Source of the DNA: a virus
Reading direction: 5' to 3' (one strand)
Length of the DNA: 64,000 nucleotides
IMG/VR virus record: IMGVR_UViG_3300042887_003609
Span: 10,485-74,484 of that record
Of the stretch, positions 1-11,600 are shown piece after piece. How positions within the stretch are numbered: position 1 is the first letter of the stretch; each line of letters opens with the position of its first letter. The position numbers and the translations under genes were made by a program. The notes below the pieces were generated by a model that was not told the origin of the DNA, searched no databases, and saw nothing but the letters and a program-made list of their open reading frames with translations.

Positions 1-3000
1 ACCAGCTTTCTGGCCGGCATATGGTATTTTACCTAATTTGGCAATACTTGGAAAGTAATCATAAGATAATCCTGAATCTTTATCACGGATCATTCTAAAA
101 TAACTTACTACTGCTTCATACTTAGACTCTGCTTTTTTCTCACTATAATAACCATCTTTAGTACTAAAAGCTTTTTTAGAATACCCCGCTAAAAATTTAA
201 TTGATTCATTTTGTGCACGCACTGCAGCTCTTCTATCATAGAACTTACCACCAATTGTTTCTATACTATTGGATATCTTACCAAAAATAAAGTTGTGAAC
301 ATTACCAAATACGTTAAGACCAACATATTGAAAACTCATCATAGCCATTAATTTTTCAGTAGCATACTGTAAACTAGATTTTTGATATTTACTAGTGCTA
401 TAAAACACCATATCTAGAAACTTATCTAATCTTCTACTAACTCTAGACTGTACATTTCCATCAGCATATCTTACAGAAGCACTTGGGTTAATACCTTTTA
501 ACTTCTTTACGTACTCATTAGGATTATTAGCATATTTCTTTTCTTTAAGCAAAGCATCTATAGCCAACAAACTATCTTCAACTGCAGACATCTTTTCAAA
601 ATTTTCTGCCATTGATCTAAACATAACAAATGATTCAAATAAATCAGTGTTAAGTTCTTCGGGTGTTAGTTTATTTTGCTCCAATACTAATAAAGAATCA
701 AGTCTTGCTAACTCAGTTTTATATTCATTAAGAGATTGTTTAGTTTTAGCTTTAGACTGAAAGTCTTTTTTTAATTCTTCTATACTTTCTTTTAACTCTT
801 GAATCTTCTTTTCATTCTTTAAAGTACCTACATAGTATACAGGAACTCTTTTTAATGCTGTATCACCGGTTTCATCAGTTTGAATTTCTCTGATAATAGT
901 ACTGTTAGCTCGCTGAGTTTTGAAATTAAAAAAGTTTCTTAAAGATTTTAAAGTTAAAGCACCTACACTATAAGGTTTATCTTTTAACTTCTGATCAAAT
1001 CTTGCTTCAATTAAAGGTATAGAACCTTTCATTAATCTTCTATCTTGTTCAGATAATTTACTTAATGAACCCTCATCATGTTCTCTAATCCAGAAATCAT
1101 ACCAATTTCTTCTAGCTATACCAAGAGAAGAATTATCATTTATAATAGCTTCATATCTTGGATTTAACAAACTTTGACCATCAGTAGTATAATCTCTAAT
1201 CTCTATGTACTCTCTTTTTGGAAAATAACCTACTTCAGTTTCATCTGTAACAATACCAGTAGGTTCTCCTTTAGATTTAAGCATTTTGTTATACTCAACT
1301 CTATTGTAATATTTAGCTCTGTACTTTGCAATTTCTAAAGTACTAACATCAGATCTCGGAACCCATTGACCATATCTAAATACTTCATGTTTTGCTCTTG
1401 CTTCTAAAAACTCTTGAGCATATCTATGATATTTACCTGGTTTTAATTCTTTATCTTCATAGACTTCAGCAGCCATAAATTGACTTAAAGCTTGTCTATT
1501 GTTATAAAGATTTATATTAAACTGTAGTTCTTCATCAGTTAAGTTATCACCTTGAATATATTGTAATCTTTTACCTTCTTTATCTTGAATAGCATTAATT
1601 AACTTATTCTTTATTTCATAATATACTTTACCTATTTTTCTAACATAACTACCATCAGGATTAATCATAAAACTATAATCAGGTTTACCACCTTGAGCAG
1701 TAGCTAATGCATTTGCATATTTTACAGCTTCTTCAAGCGCGGCATCTGTAGCTTCTTCTTTTTGAAGAACTGCCTGTTTATAAATTCTAGCTGCAGTAGC
1801 AAGTAATTGATTAGGTGATGTATCCATATCACCAAAATTAAAGTCTTCAATGCTAATGTCTTCATCTATATATTCATCATCTGTAGACACAATTGAATTT
1901 AAATCTTCAAGAGTAAGATTATAGTTGTTATTATTCTTAACTAAGTTTTTAACTACATCTTGTAAAGACTGTTTAAACAGAGGATTACCAACTTCATTTA
2001 AAAGATTAATAGTATCTCTTAACATTCTTTGCTGGTCAGGATTATTTTCTAAAGTATTAACAAAGTCCTTTAATCCATTATAGGTATTTAAGAATTTACC
2101 AAAGTTAATTATAACACCCGGTGCTGTTGGCTTATTTAAATTATCTTCATCACTAGCCCATTCAGCAAATGCATTTATTTCATCAGTTACTTCTCTTAAG
2201 AATCTACCAAAAGTTTGAACAGGTCTAACTTTAACTTCTTCTTTAATAAGATTAATTAAAGTACCAATCTTATCAATAGTATTAATTTTTGGTTTAAATA
2301 CTCCTGATCCACCACTTAATTTTTTCAATACTTCTATTCTACTTTCTAAAGCAGGAGAAACAAAATTAGTCATGAACTCAATAATTCTATTTACAGTATC
2401 TTCAGATTCTTCTTGAACTTCTGCTTGTTCTGCATTTATAGAATCTTTAAACCCATTAACATTTCTTTTACTTAGAACTAATCTATTTACATAAACTTGA
2501 TTATCAGAAACATTATGTGTTCTTTCAGTTTCCCAAATAAGATCTTTAATTTCTGCTTTTAATTTATTACCTGGATCTTGTTTTAAATATTCTTTTCTAG
2601 CTAGTATATAATCTTTACCTTCTATTTCTACATTGTTTTGTGTAAATACTTTATTACCATTCTTATCAAACTTCTCAGCATATCTTACACCATCTTTAAT
2701 GAAGAAAAACTCACCATCTAATTTTATATTAATTGTAGTAGGTGTTGTAGTTGGAATGCCAAGTACTTCAAGTATTTTGCTATAAGTGTTTACTTGAATA
2801 CCGTGTTGTGCTTTAGTACTTAAAGATACACCATCCGGTAAATCACTATTAATTAACTTCTCATCCTCATTATCATTTGCCTTTCTTTTTTTAACAGGAA
2901 ACTTTCTAAGATAAGAAGGATCATCTACAGGAGTTCCATCCGGAGTAATTATAACTGTAGGGTTCTTAGACACTTTTAAATCAATAACTTTAGCAATACC

Positions 3001-5646
3001 TTCAGGTGAAATAACTAATATGTCTATACTACCAGCAATTGGATATCTATCTTCTTCTAAATAGTATTCTCTATTAGGATCAGCAACAGTTACCTGAGCT
3101 AAAACAATTGAACCGTCAGCCTGTAAAGAAGAAATATACTCAGACATTTGATCAAAAAAGTTTTTAATAAGTAAATTATTCTTTACTTCCGCAGGAGCTA
3201 TTTCTTCAAATGTTTTACCGTTGATTATATCTTCTACAATTTTATCAAAATCTTTACCTACTAATCTACTTATTTCATTTTCACCTAACTCTTCATAAAG
3301 TTTACCTTTAATACCTGTAGTTACAGACTTATAAATATGTTGATTTTCATCAAGATAAACATGATTTTCTTCATTTAACTCAACACGGGGTTCTTGATTA
3401 AACAGTTTATCTACAACAACTTTTTGTTCTGATGTAGCACTCTCTTTTATTTTTTCAACTTTTTGGGGATCTATGCTATATCTTATTCTATCTGAAAATG
3501 CATTAAAAGTAAATACTAAATCTGTAGTATGAATAAGATTTAATACATCAGATATTTTCATGTTTGGTTTTAAATCTTTTACTGTTAAATTAATTTTATT
3601 TCCAGTAAGCATGTTGTAAAGTTTATTTAAAAAATCTACAACCCAAGATTTAAACTGATTTAACTTTTCATTCCAAGAATCTAATTTACTTGGATCAAAA
3701 CCTCTTGCAAAAGTTCTTGATAATGATTGTGTTACCATTTCAATCATTTGATCTTTAATAGTAAAACCTCTTTTTTCATTATAAGTACTTTTAATCTCTT
3801 GCCATAATGCAGGATAAGTAACTGTAGCTTCTCTAAATAAATTAGTAAACAATTCACTGTTGTCTGCTAAAAGAGCGTCTACAAAAGGATGCATCATTTC
3901 TTCAGCCGCAGTATCTGCAGTGTATCTACCTTTAATTAAATATGATGTACCTTTATAATAAAATCCTTTTACTTCAGCATTATCTAAATCATAAACTTTA
4001 CCTAGTTCACCTAACAATACTTTAGCTTGTTTTACAGTAATTGCTTCAACTTTAATTTGAGGAAATACCAAACTTAAATGAGCTATTATATTAGAAGCTG
4101 CCTTAGTTGCTTTATTAAAATGAATTTTATCTACTTCTACATCTAAACTTTTTGAAAAGTTTACTATTCTACCTTTCCCTGTTGAATATTCAGAAACAAA
4201 TTCTTGAGGAATATTATTAAAACTCAAATAGTTTCTTAACTTCTTAGAATTTTCAAAAGCATAACTTGGAGAATAATATCTTTCACCGGGTCTGGATCCA
4301 GTAATATACATTTCACCATTATGCTTATGTAATATATTTTGTAATCTTAGATTTCTATATATATGATCACCAACAGATTCTTTTTTTCTTACTGAGAATT
4401 TAGGTGTTGGAGTTGAGACATCTATAGTATTTTGTTGAGCAACAAACTTTTTAAATCCTTCTATGTCTTGTTTGTTTCCTAGTATGTGGATTTGTTCTGG
4501 TTCAAATACTACAGTGTTTTCATGTACACCTTCTGAACCTTCTTCTCCTTGTATGCCAAAATTTTTTACATTTAAGTTTTCATTTCTAAGTCTTGTAACA
4601 GTTCCTGATACTAATCCAATTTTAGGAGTTAGCAATGTTTCAATATTCACTATTGCAGGAATAACAAAATCTTTTTCTTCTGGTCTAATTTCTCTCTCTA
4701 AGTTTACTCCATAAGATATAGCAGTAGAAAGGTCTGAAAAAAATATACCTTTAAATTCTTTATCTTTATCTTTATTAAAAGACCAATTGCTTTTGTTAGT
4801 AGTAAGAAAACCATTTTGTAAAATATTGTTATAAGCCTCTCTGCCTTTCATTACACCATGATAAACAATATCCTTTATTTTACTATCTGGAAAGATAGTA
4901 TCTAAGTATGCAGAGTATTGCTGAGGTGTACCTACAGAAGCTAACTCAGAATTCTCATTAAATATTTCTTCTACTCCTGGTTTAATTTTAGATTGTGTTT
5001 CAAAAGTATCTGTTTCTACAGGAGTAGAAGTATTTATATATTTATCAAACTCTTCTACTGCTTCAGGTGATGTTATATTATCAATATTAACTTTACCTTT
5101 TGTAACAATAAACATTGAATCTGTATCTTCTTGATACATAGGATCTAACGTTGTAATATTTAAAACACTATTGTCACCGATGTTATCTATTAAATACTTT
5201 GTTTCATATCCTCTTAATTGTTTTGCATCATCAGTATCCTCTTGAAAACTAACATCAATAACTTTATTAGTTTCAGTTGGAATAACAAAAGCATTCACTT
5301 TTGAATTATCTGCATATTTTAAAGCTTGATCATAATTTGCAAAATAAGTTGTACCTAAAGAATATGGCTCATCCTTAATTTTTTCAGGTCTAAAAGCTAA
5401 TATAAAATTTTGGTCTTTATACTTTTCATTTAAAAAAGCAATAAAATTATTAAAATCAGAAATGTTTAATAACTCTGGAGTATTTAAAAATAACTCTTTA
5501 ATATTTTTATTACTTGCTAAAGCTTTTATTACATTTACATCTGGTAGATTATATTCATTATTTAAAAATAATCTATAAGCATCATCCTCACCTAGTAAAG
5601 ATGATGCTGTTTTCCATTCTTTTGAATTATAATTAGGACAAACCAT
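1..5646 (-). CDS. Giant polyvalent ejection/cargo protein, C-terminus runs off the window (>1882 aa): ART-like domain, degenerate zincin, PD-(D/E)xK nuclease
   Basis: Not in the ORF track. ATG at 5646, 2 nt after the vRNAP stop, gives MVCPNYNSKEWKTASSLLGEDDA. The frame is open at every spot check down to position 1 (not every codon checked). Motifs: DIVYHG...GIFFSD...ENTVVFEPEQIHILG (about 4440-4985), TAAEEMMHPFVDAL...EMVTQSL (about 3720-3915), IAGSIDIL...VIDLKVS...QHGIQVNTY (about 2770-3045). Confidence 0.85.
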   Translation of the reverse strand, partial: MVCPNYNSKEWKTASSLLGEDDAYRLFLNNEYNLPDVNVIKALASNKNIKELFLNTPELLNISDFNNFIAFLNEKYKDQNFILAFRPEKIKDEPYSLGTTYFANYDQALKYADNSKVNAFVIPTETNKVIDVSFQEDTDDAKQLRGYETKYLIDNIGDNSVLNITTLDPMYQEDTDSMFIVTKGKVNIDNITSPEAVEEFDKYINTSTPVETDTFETQSKIKPGVEEIFNENSELASVGTPQQYSAYLDTIFPDSKIKDIVYHGVMKGREAYNNILQNGFLTTNKSNWSFNKDKDKEFKGIFFSDLSTAISYGVNLEREIRPEEKDFVIPAIVNIETLLTPKIGLVSGTVTRLRNENLNVKNFGIQGEEGSEGVHENTVVFEPEQIHILGNKQDIEGFKKFVAQQNTIDVSTPTPKFSVRKKESVGDHIYRNLRLQNILHKHNGEMYITGSRPGERYYSPSYAFENSKKLRNYLSFNNIPQEFVSEYSTGKGRIVNFSKSLDVEVDKIHFNKATKAASNIIAHLSLVFPQIKVEAITVKQAKVLLGELGKVYDLDNAEVKGFYYKGTSYLIKGRYTADTAAEEMMHPFVDALLADNSELFTNLFREATVTYPALWQEIKSTYNEKRGFTIKDQMIEMVTQSLSRTFARGFDPSKLDSWNEKLNQFKSWVVDFLNKLYNMLTGNKINLTVKDLKPNMKISDVLNLIHTTDLVFTFNAFSDRIRYSIDPQKVEKIKESATSEQKVVVDKLFNQEPRVELNEENHVYLDENQHIYKSVTTGIKGKLYEELGENEISRLVGKDFDKIVEDIINGKTFEEIAPAEVKNNLLIKNFFDQMSEYISSLQADGSIVLAQVTVADPNREYYLEEDRYPIAGSIDILVISPEGIAKVIDLKVSKNPTVIITPDGTPVDDPSYLRKFPVKKRKANDNEDEKLINSDLPDGVSLSTKAQHGIQVNTYSKILEVLGIPTTTPTTINIKLDGEFFFIKDGVRYAEKFDKNGNKVFTQNNVEIEGKDYILARKEYLKQDPGNKLKAEIKDLIWETERTHNVSDNQVYVNRLVLSKRNVNGFKDSINAEQAEVQEESEDTVNRIIEFMTNFVSPALESRIEVLKKLSGGSGVFKPKINTIDKIGTLINLIKEEVKVRPVQTFGRFLREVTDEINAFAEWASDEDNLNKPTAPGVIINFGKFLNTYNGLKDFVNTLENNPDQQRMLRDTINLLNEVGNPLFKQSLQDVVKNLVKNNNNYNLTLEDLNSIVSTDDEYIDEDISIEDFNFGDMDTSPNQLLATAARIYKQAVLQKEEATDAALEEAVKYANALATAQGGKPDYSFMINPDGSYVRKIGKVYYEIKNKLINAIQDKEGKRLQYIQGDNLTDEELQFNINLYNNRQALSQFMAAEVYEDKELKPGKYHRYAQEFLEARAKHEVFRYGQWVPRSDVSTLEIAKYRAKYYNRVEYNKMLKSKGEPTGIVTDETEVGYFPKREYIEIRDYTTDGQSLLNPRYEAIINDNSSLGIARRNWYDFWIREHDEGSLSKLSEQDRRLMKGSIPLIEARFDQKLKDKPYSVGALTLKSLRNFFNFKTQRANSTIIREIQTDETGDTALKRVPVYYVGTLKNEKKIQELKESIEELKKDFQSKAKTKQSLNEYKTELARLDSLLVLEQNKLTPEELNTDLFESFVMFRSMAENFEKMSAVEDSLLAIDALLKEKKYANNPNEYVKKLKGINPSASVRYADGNVQSRVSRRLDKFLDMVFYSTSKYQKSSLQYATEKLMAMMSFQYVGLNVFGNVHNFIFGKISNSIETIGGKFYDRRAAVRAQNESIKFLAGYSKKAFSTKDGYYSEKKAESKYEAVVSYFRMIRDKDSGLSYDYFPSIAKLGKIPYAGQKAG

Positions 5647-5648
5647 TT

Positions 5649-8600
5649 TTATTTTTTCTTTTTACCTTTACAATTATTTTTAAAATCTTCAAGATCAGGG
5701 TCTTCATCTAAAATATCATCCATACTAAATCCACCCATAAAACCTAATGCATTTACTGAATTATCTGCAGTTTCAGTTTCAGCTGGATTATTTTGTATAG
5801 ATTTAATATTATCTTCTTTAGCTTCAGAATTAACAACAGAATCCTGCTCTTCAAATTTAACACTTTTACCAGACTTTATAAGCTTACTTAATACTTGCTC
5901 TGGGAATAATCCATTAAACTCAACTAAAACAAATCCATCAGCATCAAAGTATTTACCTGGAGTAAGCATATCTTGTCTTATGTTAAACTCAGTTTTTAAT
6001 CTTTGTATAGCATTAGTAGCATTAATTTCATCGTTATTTACTACGGGTTGCTCTTCTTGTTTAAGATCTAATACTTCTATTGTTTCTTTAATATCTTCTT
6101 TAAGATTTTTAAGATCTAATCTAATAGACTCATTAGTAGGTATTGCACCTTCAAATATAAATCCTAATGGAGTAGCAGCTTTAACACCAATTTGTTTTGT
6201 TTTTCTATAAACAGCACCACTACCAAAAGCCATTCCAAAGCCTTTACCAATATAATTAGTTAAATCTTTAGGAGCACCTTTATCAATAAGAGAAGTTTTT
6301 ACACTTACTAATTCATAATAAATATCTCTTTTTTCTTTTCCTAATTCAACTTTTTGTTTTATAACAAAAGGAAAACCAATTACTGTCTTTTTATCAAAAG
6401 ATTTTAAAGGAAATCCGGATCTCTCAAGAAAATTTAAGTTATCTTTAAATTTTTCTTTATTAAATTCAGTAATTTCTTCTTGGTACTGTATTCCTTCATC
6501 AGAAGTTTTTATTCTTTCATATTTAACAGCTGTTCCAGCAAACATATCAACTGTAATATATTCACGATCACCTTTAGTTTTTTGTGAATCTACTACTCTA
6601 ATTACACCTTCACCAGTTGCTCCAGGATAATATGCTGGGACAGTACCTATATCTTTCCATTTTTTTTCATCTATTTGACTAATACTTCTAACATAGAAAC
6701 TATTATTAATATGTTTAGAATAGTTAGTGATAAAGTCTTTAATCAGATTTACAGGAGAAGCACCAAATATAATTCCAAATACTTTTTCTAAACTATCTAA
6801 ATCTGTAAGATTATTTTGTTTAGACAATAAATCTAAAGCTTTATTTACAGATTTTAAATAAGGATCTAAAATCTCAGGAGGCATTACAGATAAGAAAGAA
6901 CCTGATTTAAATTGTAATCCGTCTTTTACCATAAGATATGATAACAAACCAAGAGCTTCATCTCTTGTATTAGGATCATTATATAAATCAATAATACTTA
7001 ATTGTAATCTTTCAATCTCTGGTTTAGTTAAACTAGCCCAAGTATTAGTCTCAACATAGTTAATATTTGTTCTATTAGCAAGATTTCTACGTGTTACTAC
7101 TTCTTTATTCTGTATAACATTTGTGATTACAGGAACATTATTTAAGAAATTTAAGAAAGTATTATCAGGAGATTTTTCTCTTAATGAATTAATAATAGCA
7201 TTAATATTTTTAAAACCTTCTTCTTGTTCAGCTTCTAACTGTCTATATATCAATGCATTATTAAGATATTTAGAATAAGAAGAAGATGCTCCTTTATTTG
7301 CTTCATTAGTAACAAATGCTTTTAAAGTTAAATAAGAAAGTAAATCTTTATTTAAGTTCTCATTAAATTTATCTTCAAAACGTCTATTAACTTTAAAGTT
7401 TAACTTAACAGATTCAAAAAGTTTTTTGAAAAGAGGGGTTCTTCTGATAAACAAGAAACCAGAAAGTTTATCTATTTCTTGTACAATCTTAATATACTCT
7501 TTAACTTCAAATGCTTTAGTTTTAATAGCTTCTCTTAATCCTATAAAAGGTATACTTGATTCATCATAAGTTTCATCACTCATTGCAAAATCTTTTCCTT
7601 TAAGAGTTAGACCAAGATCGGCTATGTCTTCAGCTAAACCATCAAGATCTTCAAAAGATTTACCTAAGCCCTGAGATATACGTACTATGTTAGCAAGTTT
7701 GGTAGCATATGTAGCCTGTTTAGAAAGCTCACTCCAAGTAAATAACAATTTATAGTTAACCTCTTTATTATCTTTTTCAGTTATACCTTTGTTTAAATCA
7801 TCACTAGTAAGAATTAAGTTTTCAATATTTTCAGGTTTTAATGCTTTAAGTTTTTCTTCAAGTATTACGACTGCCGCTTTTTCTTCTTGTTGTGTTTTAA
7901 AAGCAGAATTATTATTTTTAAGAGCAGTATAATAATCTCTAATCACATTAGATGAAGTTATTTTAAGAGCTTTGTTAAAAGGAACTCCTAATGCAACCAT
8001 GTAAGAAAGAATACCAACAGCATCAGGATTTAAGTTAAACTTACTAGCTATAATAAGTTTAGCATTATCTGTCATTGCTGTTACTACAGCAGAAAGTAAA
8101 TATGCTTTTCTTATATCTCCAGCTTTATTAGTTCCAAAATCTCTGTATATGTTTGAAATTACTTTCTCTTTTTTAGTTTTAGAATCTATAACTTTATCAT
8201 TAATTTGTAAATTAAATACTTTATCGTTATCATTTTTAATAGATACTTTATGAGTATTTAAAAAATGGAAAGCTGTATTCATTACAACTGCAGGTCCGAT
8301 ACCTTCGGCACCTTCCATAATATTACCAAAACCAGTAACCTTTCCAGTTAAACTATTAACATCAAAATTCTTATCATCTAATAATTCTAAAAATTCAGGA
8401 TAGTCTTTAAATTCTTTTTCAAAAGATTCAATTACATCTTCAAAAGGTTGAGTATTTGCAGGATCAAATGAAATTGGGTTACTACCTTCTATTTTAGTGT
8501 CAACTGTAACTGCATTATTAGATACAAAAGTTCTTCTTGCATTTACAATATTATTATGAAGAATTTCAGGTACAATTTGTTTTTTTATATTAGATGAATT

Positions 8601-11600
8601 TTCACCGGCTACTTTAACATATGCTTCAGCCGTAGATGGAAGATTTAATTCAATAAGAGTTTGTTTAAGAACTTCTTCTTTATCTATTAAATTATCAACA
8701 TCATACATTTCATATATTTCTTCTTCACTATAACCCATCTCAAACAAGCTTTCAAATTCATCATCAATTTGCTTCTCAAATTTCTTTTCTACTTCAGCAA
8801 ATTTTAATCTAAACTCTCTAGTTTTAAATTGAGATTTTAAAAACTCTTCAAATCTATCAGATTTTCCAGTAGCAGTACCAAACTCTATAAACTCAGTTTT
8901 ACCTTTTATTTTCTTTTTGTAAAATTCTTTGAACATAGAATACAATTTATCTACGTCAAAGTCATGTCCTGTTACTTCAACCATTTCAGCTGGAGCTACA
9001 ATGCTAGAAGAATAGAACACAGGTAAGAAATCTACTATTTTATAATTTTGAGAAGAGTGTTTATCTTGAGAAGGAATACGTGTTGCAAAGAAATCTGTAA
9101 CTACATCTGGAGCAAAACCATTTGCGCTAATGTAATCCATTATATCTTTAGATAATGGAGGAACCATTACCTCAGCATAAGTACCTGTAATGTTACCTTT
9201 AGTATCGTATACTTTTTGATTATGTCTTAATCGATCAAAGTATACATCACCTACTTGAACATTACGTTCTTCAGCATCAGTAACTGTCTTTTTATTTTCT
9301 AACTTATTAGTAAACTTAGACATTTCTGATTGAGGTACTACTCTTGTTTCAATACTACCATTTGGATAAATCTTAACAACTTCTCTAAGTACATCAAATC
9401 CTAAATCAGAAACAAGTGTTAAAGAATCACCTTTTACTTTTTGATTAGTAACAGATCTAAAATATGAAAAGAAGAACTCAATAAATTTACCTTCTGTAAT
9501 AATATTATTTAAATTATATTTAGGTTGTCCTGTTTCTTCATCAACAGAAAACATACTTATCAACTGTGAAGATCCACCTGATGCTTCAAGTGTTTCTTTA
9601 GCATAATTAATAAACTCTTCAAGCTTAGGAGTTATTCTGTTTTCATTTATAGAATTACCAAGTTCATGTTGTACATCTCCAAAATCAAATAACTTATTTA
9701 TAGTTTTATTATAAGATAATTCAACTTTTCTTGCAGAAGACAATTGATAAATATTTCTTAAATCCTTAATTGGTATATCTTTACCTAAATAATTAACTTC
9801 TACATCTTCATTTAATTCAGATTCTACAATAACTTTAATCTGACTAGGATCTGTAATTTTCTTTTTACCACCTGGGTTTTCTGTTTGTAATCCCCAGTAA
9901 CTATTGTCTAATTGAGTAAAATAGTTATTATCAGCTGTATTTATAGTTTCAGTTAAGTTATCACCATTTTCACCAAATACATTTGACTTCTTCATTTTAA
10001 TTGAAGATGCTGGAGCAGCAAAAGCAAAAGTTTCGGGAGTTTCTCTTTCAAATCTTTCAAGTCTTTCTCTAAGATTATGCAAAAATTCTCTACCTGGTTT
10101 AGCTTGCCAACCATCTTTTGTTTTATTAGAAGTTAATTCTTTAGTTAATAAAGCAACAGATGTTTTAATGTAGTTTTGTTTATCATCATAGTATACAAGT
10201 TTTAAAGAATTAAACTTTGCATCATAATCAAACATACCTGCTACATTTTTGCTACCAAAATATTTACTTGAAGTAATAGGTACACCAGCTTCTATATCAT
10301 CTAAGAAAGCAGCCACTTGTTTATTCAAACGTCCAAGACCCCATAATGTATAACGTAATCCTTTAACTGTGGTATAAGTTTGACCATCAGCTCTTTCAAT
10401 TTCTTTTTTGCTAGCGTTAGTAGATCTTACAGTAGGTTCATTAAATACAAGAATGTGTGACTTATCTGATTTATGGTTTATACCATATTCAGGTGCAGTA
10501 AATGTACTAGCAATATTAATAAATGCAGCATTCATACCTTTAGCACGTTTGAAAGCATCAATAGCATCTTTAATACCTACAGTCTCATCTCCAATAGTTA
10601 AATTATTATAGAATAAAGTATTGTAATAGTCATTTAAAAATACTTGAGCTAAGTTAAATCTAACATTACCTTCTCTTAAATTTATATTGTCATCAACCTT
10701 AGTAATTTTATCACTTAAAAGTTCGTTATCATAAATCTTTTTATTTGCTTTAATTACACCTAAACTTTCTAAAACATTTAAGAAATCATCAACCTGACTT
10801 TCAAAATAATCTGCAATTTGACCAGTTAAATTTAAAGCAAAGTTTTTATCTTTAAATATTTCAGAAGTAGTAGTTTCATTTAATAAAGTATCATATAAAG
10901 TACTTCCATTCATCATAAGAAGTTCTTTCATAGATGGACTAAAATCAATACCTCTTTTCTTACCAGTATGATAACCTTCAATTACTTCACCACCATTCTT
11001 AATATAAGCATCTTTACCAATTTCTTCAATCTGTCTAATCTCTTCTCTAGTTTTTTCAATTCTTTTAAGTTGTCTTAAAATTTCTTGAGCAATACTATTA
11101 GTAAAATCTTTATTAAACACATAACCTCTAGAAGCTTTATTATCTTGTGTTATAGTTTTTATAACGGGTAATTCTATAAACTCAGCAGTACTAGATGCTT
11201 CAAGAATACGTGTAAGAACAGGTGCTCTAAACGCACTTCCCATTATGCCATCTTCTTTTTGATAGTTCTGATAATAAGTACCATTAATAGCATTATCAAT
11301 CATGAAAAGCATAAGATCTCTAGGTGAGAATTTTTTATAGGCTTTAGCTTGAGATAATTTATTTGACTCTAATTTTTTATTTTGATTACCTTTATCATCT
11401 AAAGTTGATTCTTTTAATTCACCAATACGTTTAGTAATAAACTGGGGACTTAATGCTAAATTCTTAAACTCTAGGTTATTAAATAAAGGATTATATCTTA
11501 AATCATCCGGAAGATCTTCAGCTTTAACATCTTTGTTTTTAAGAACAAGATCTTTAATTTTTGTTAATATTCTTCTATTAAATGTAGGTATTTGATAATT

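Noticed and set aside
2760-3060. Calling the nuclease domain Cas4 or a CRISPR component
   Set aside because: No Fe-S cysteine cluster, array or other cas genes; it is a generic PD-(D/E)xK domain inside an ejection protein.
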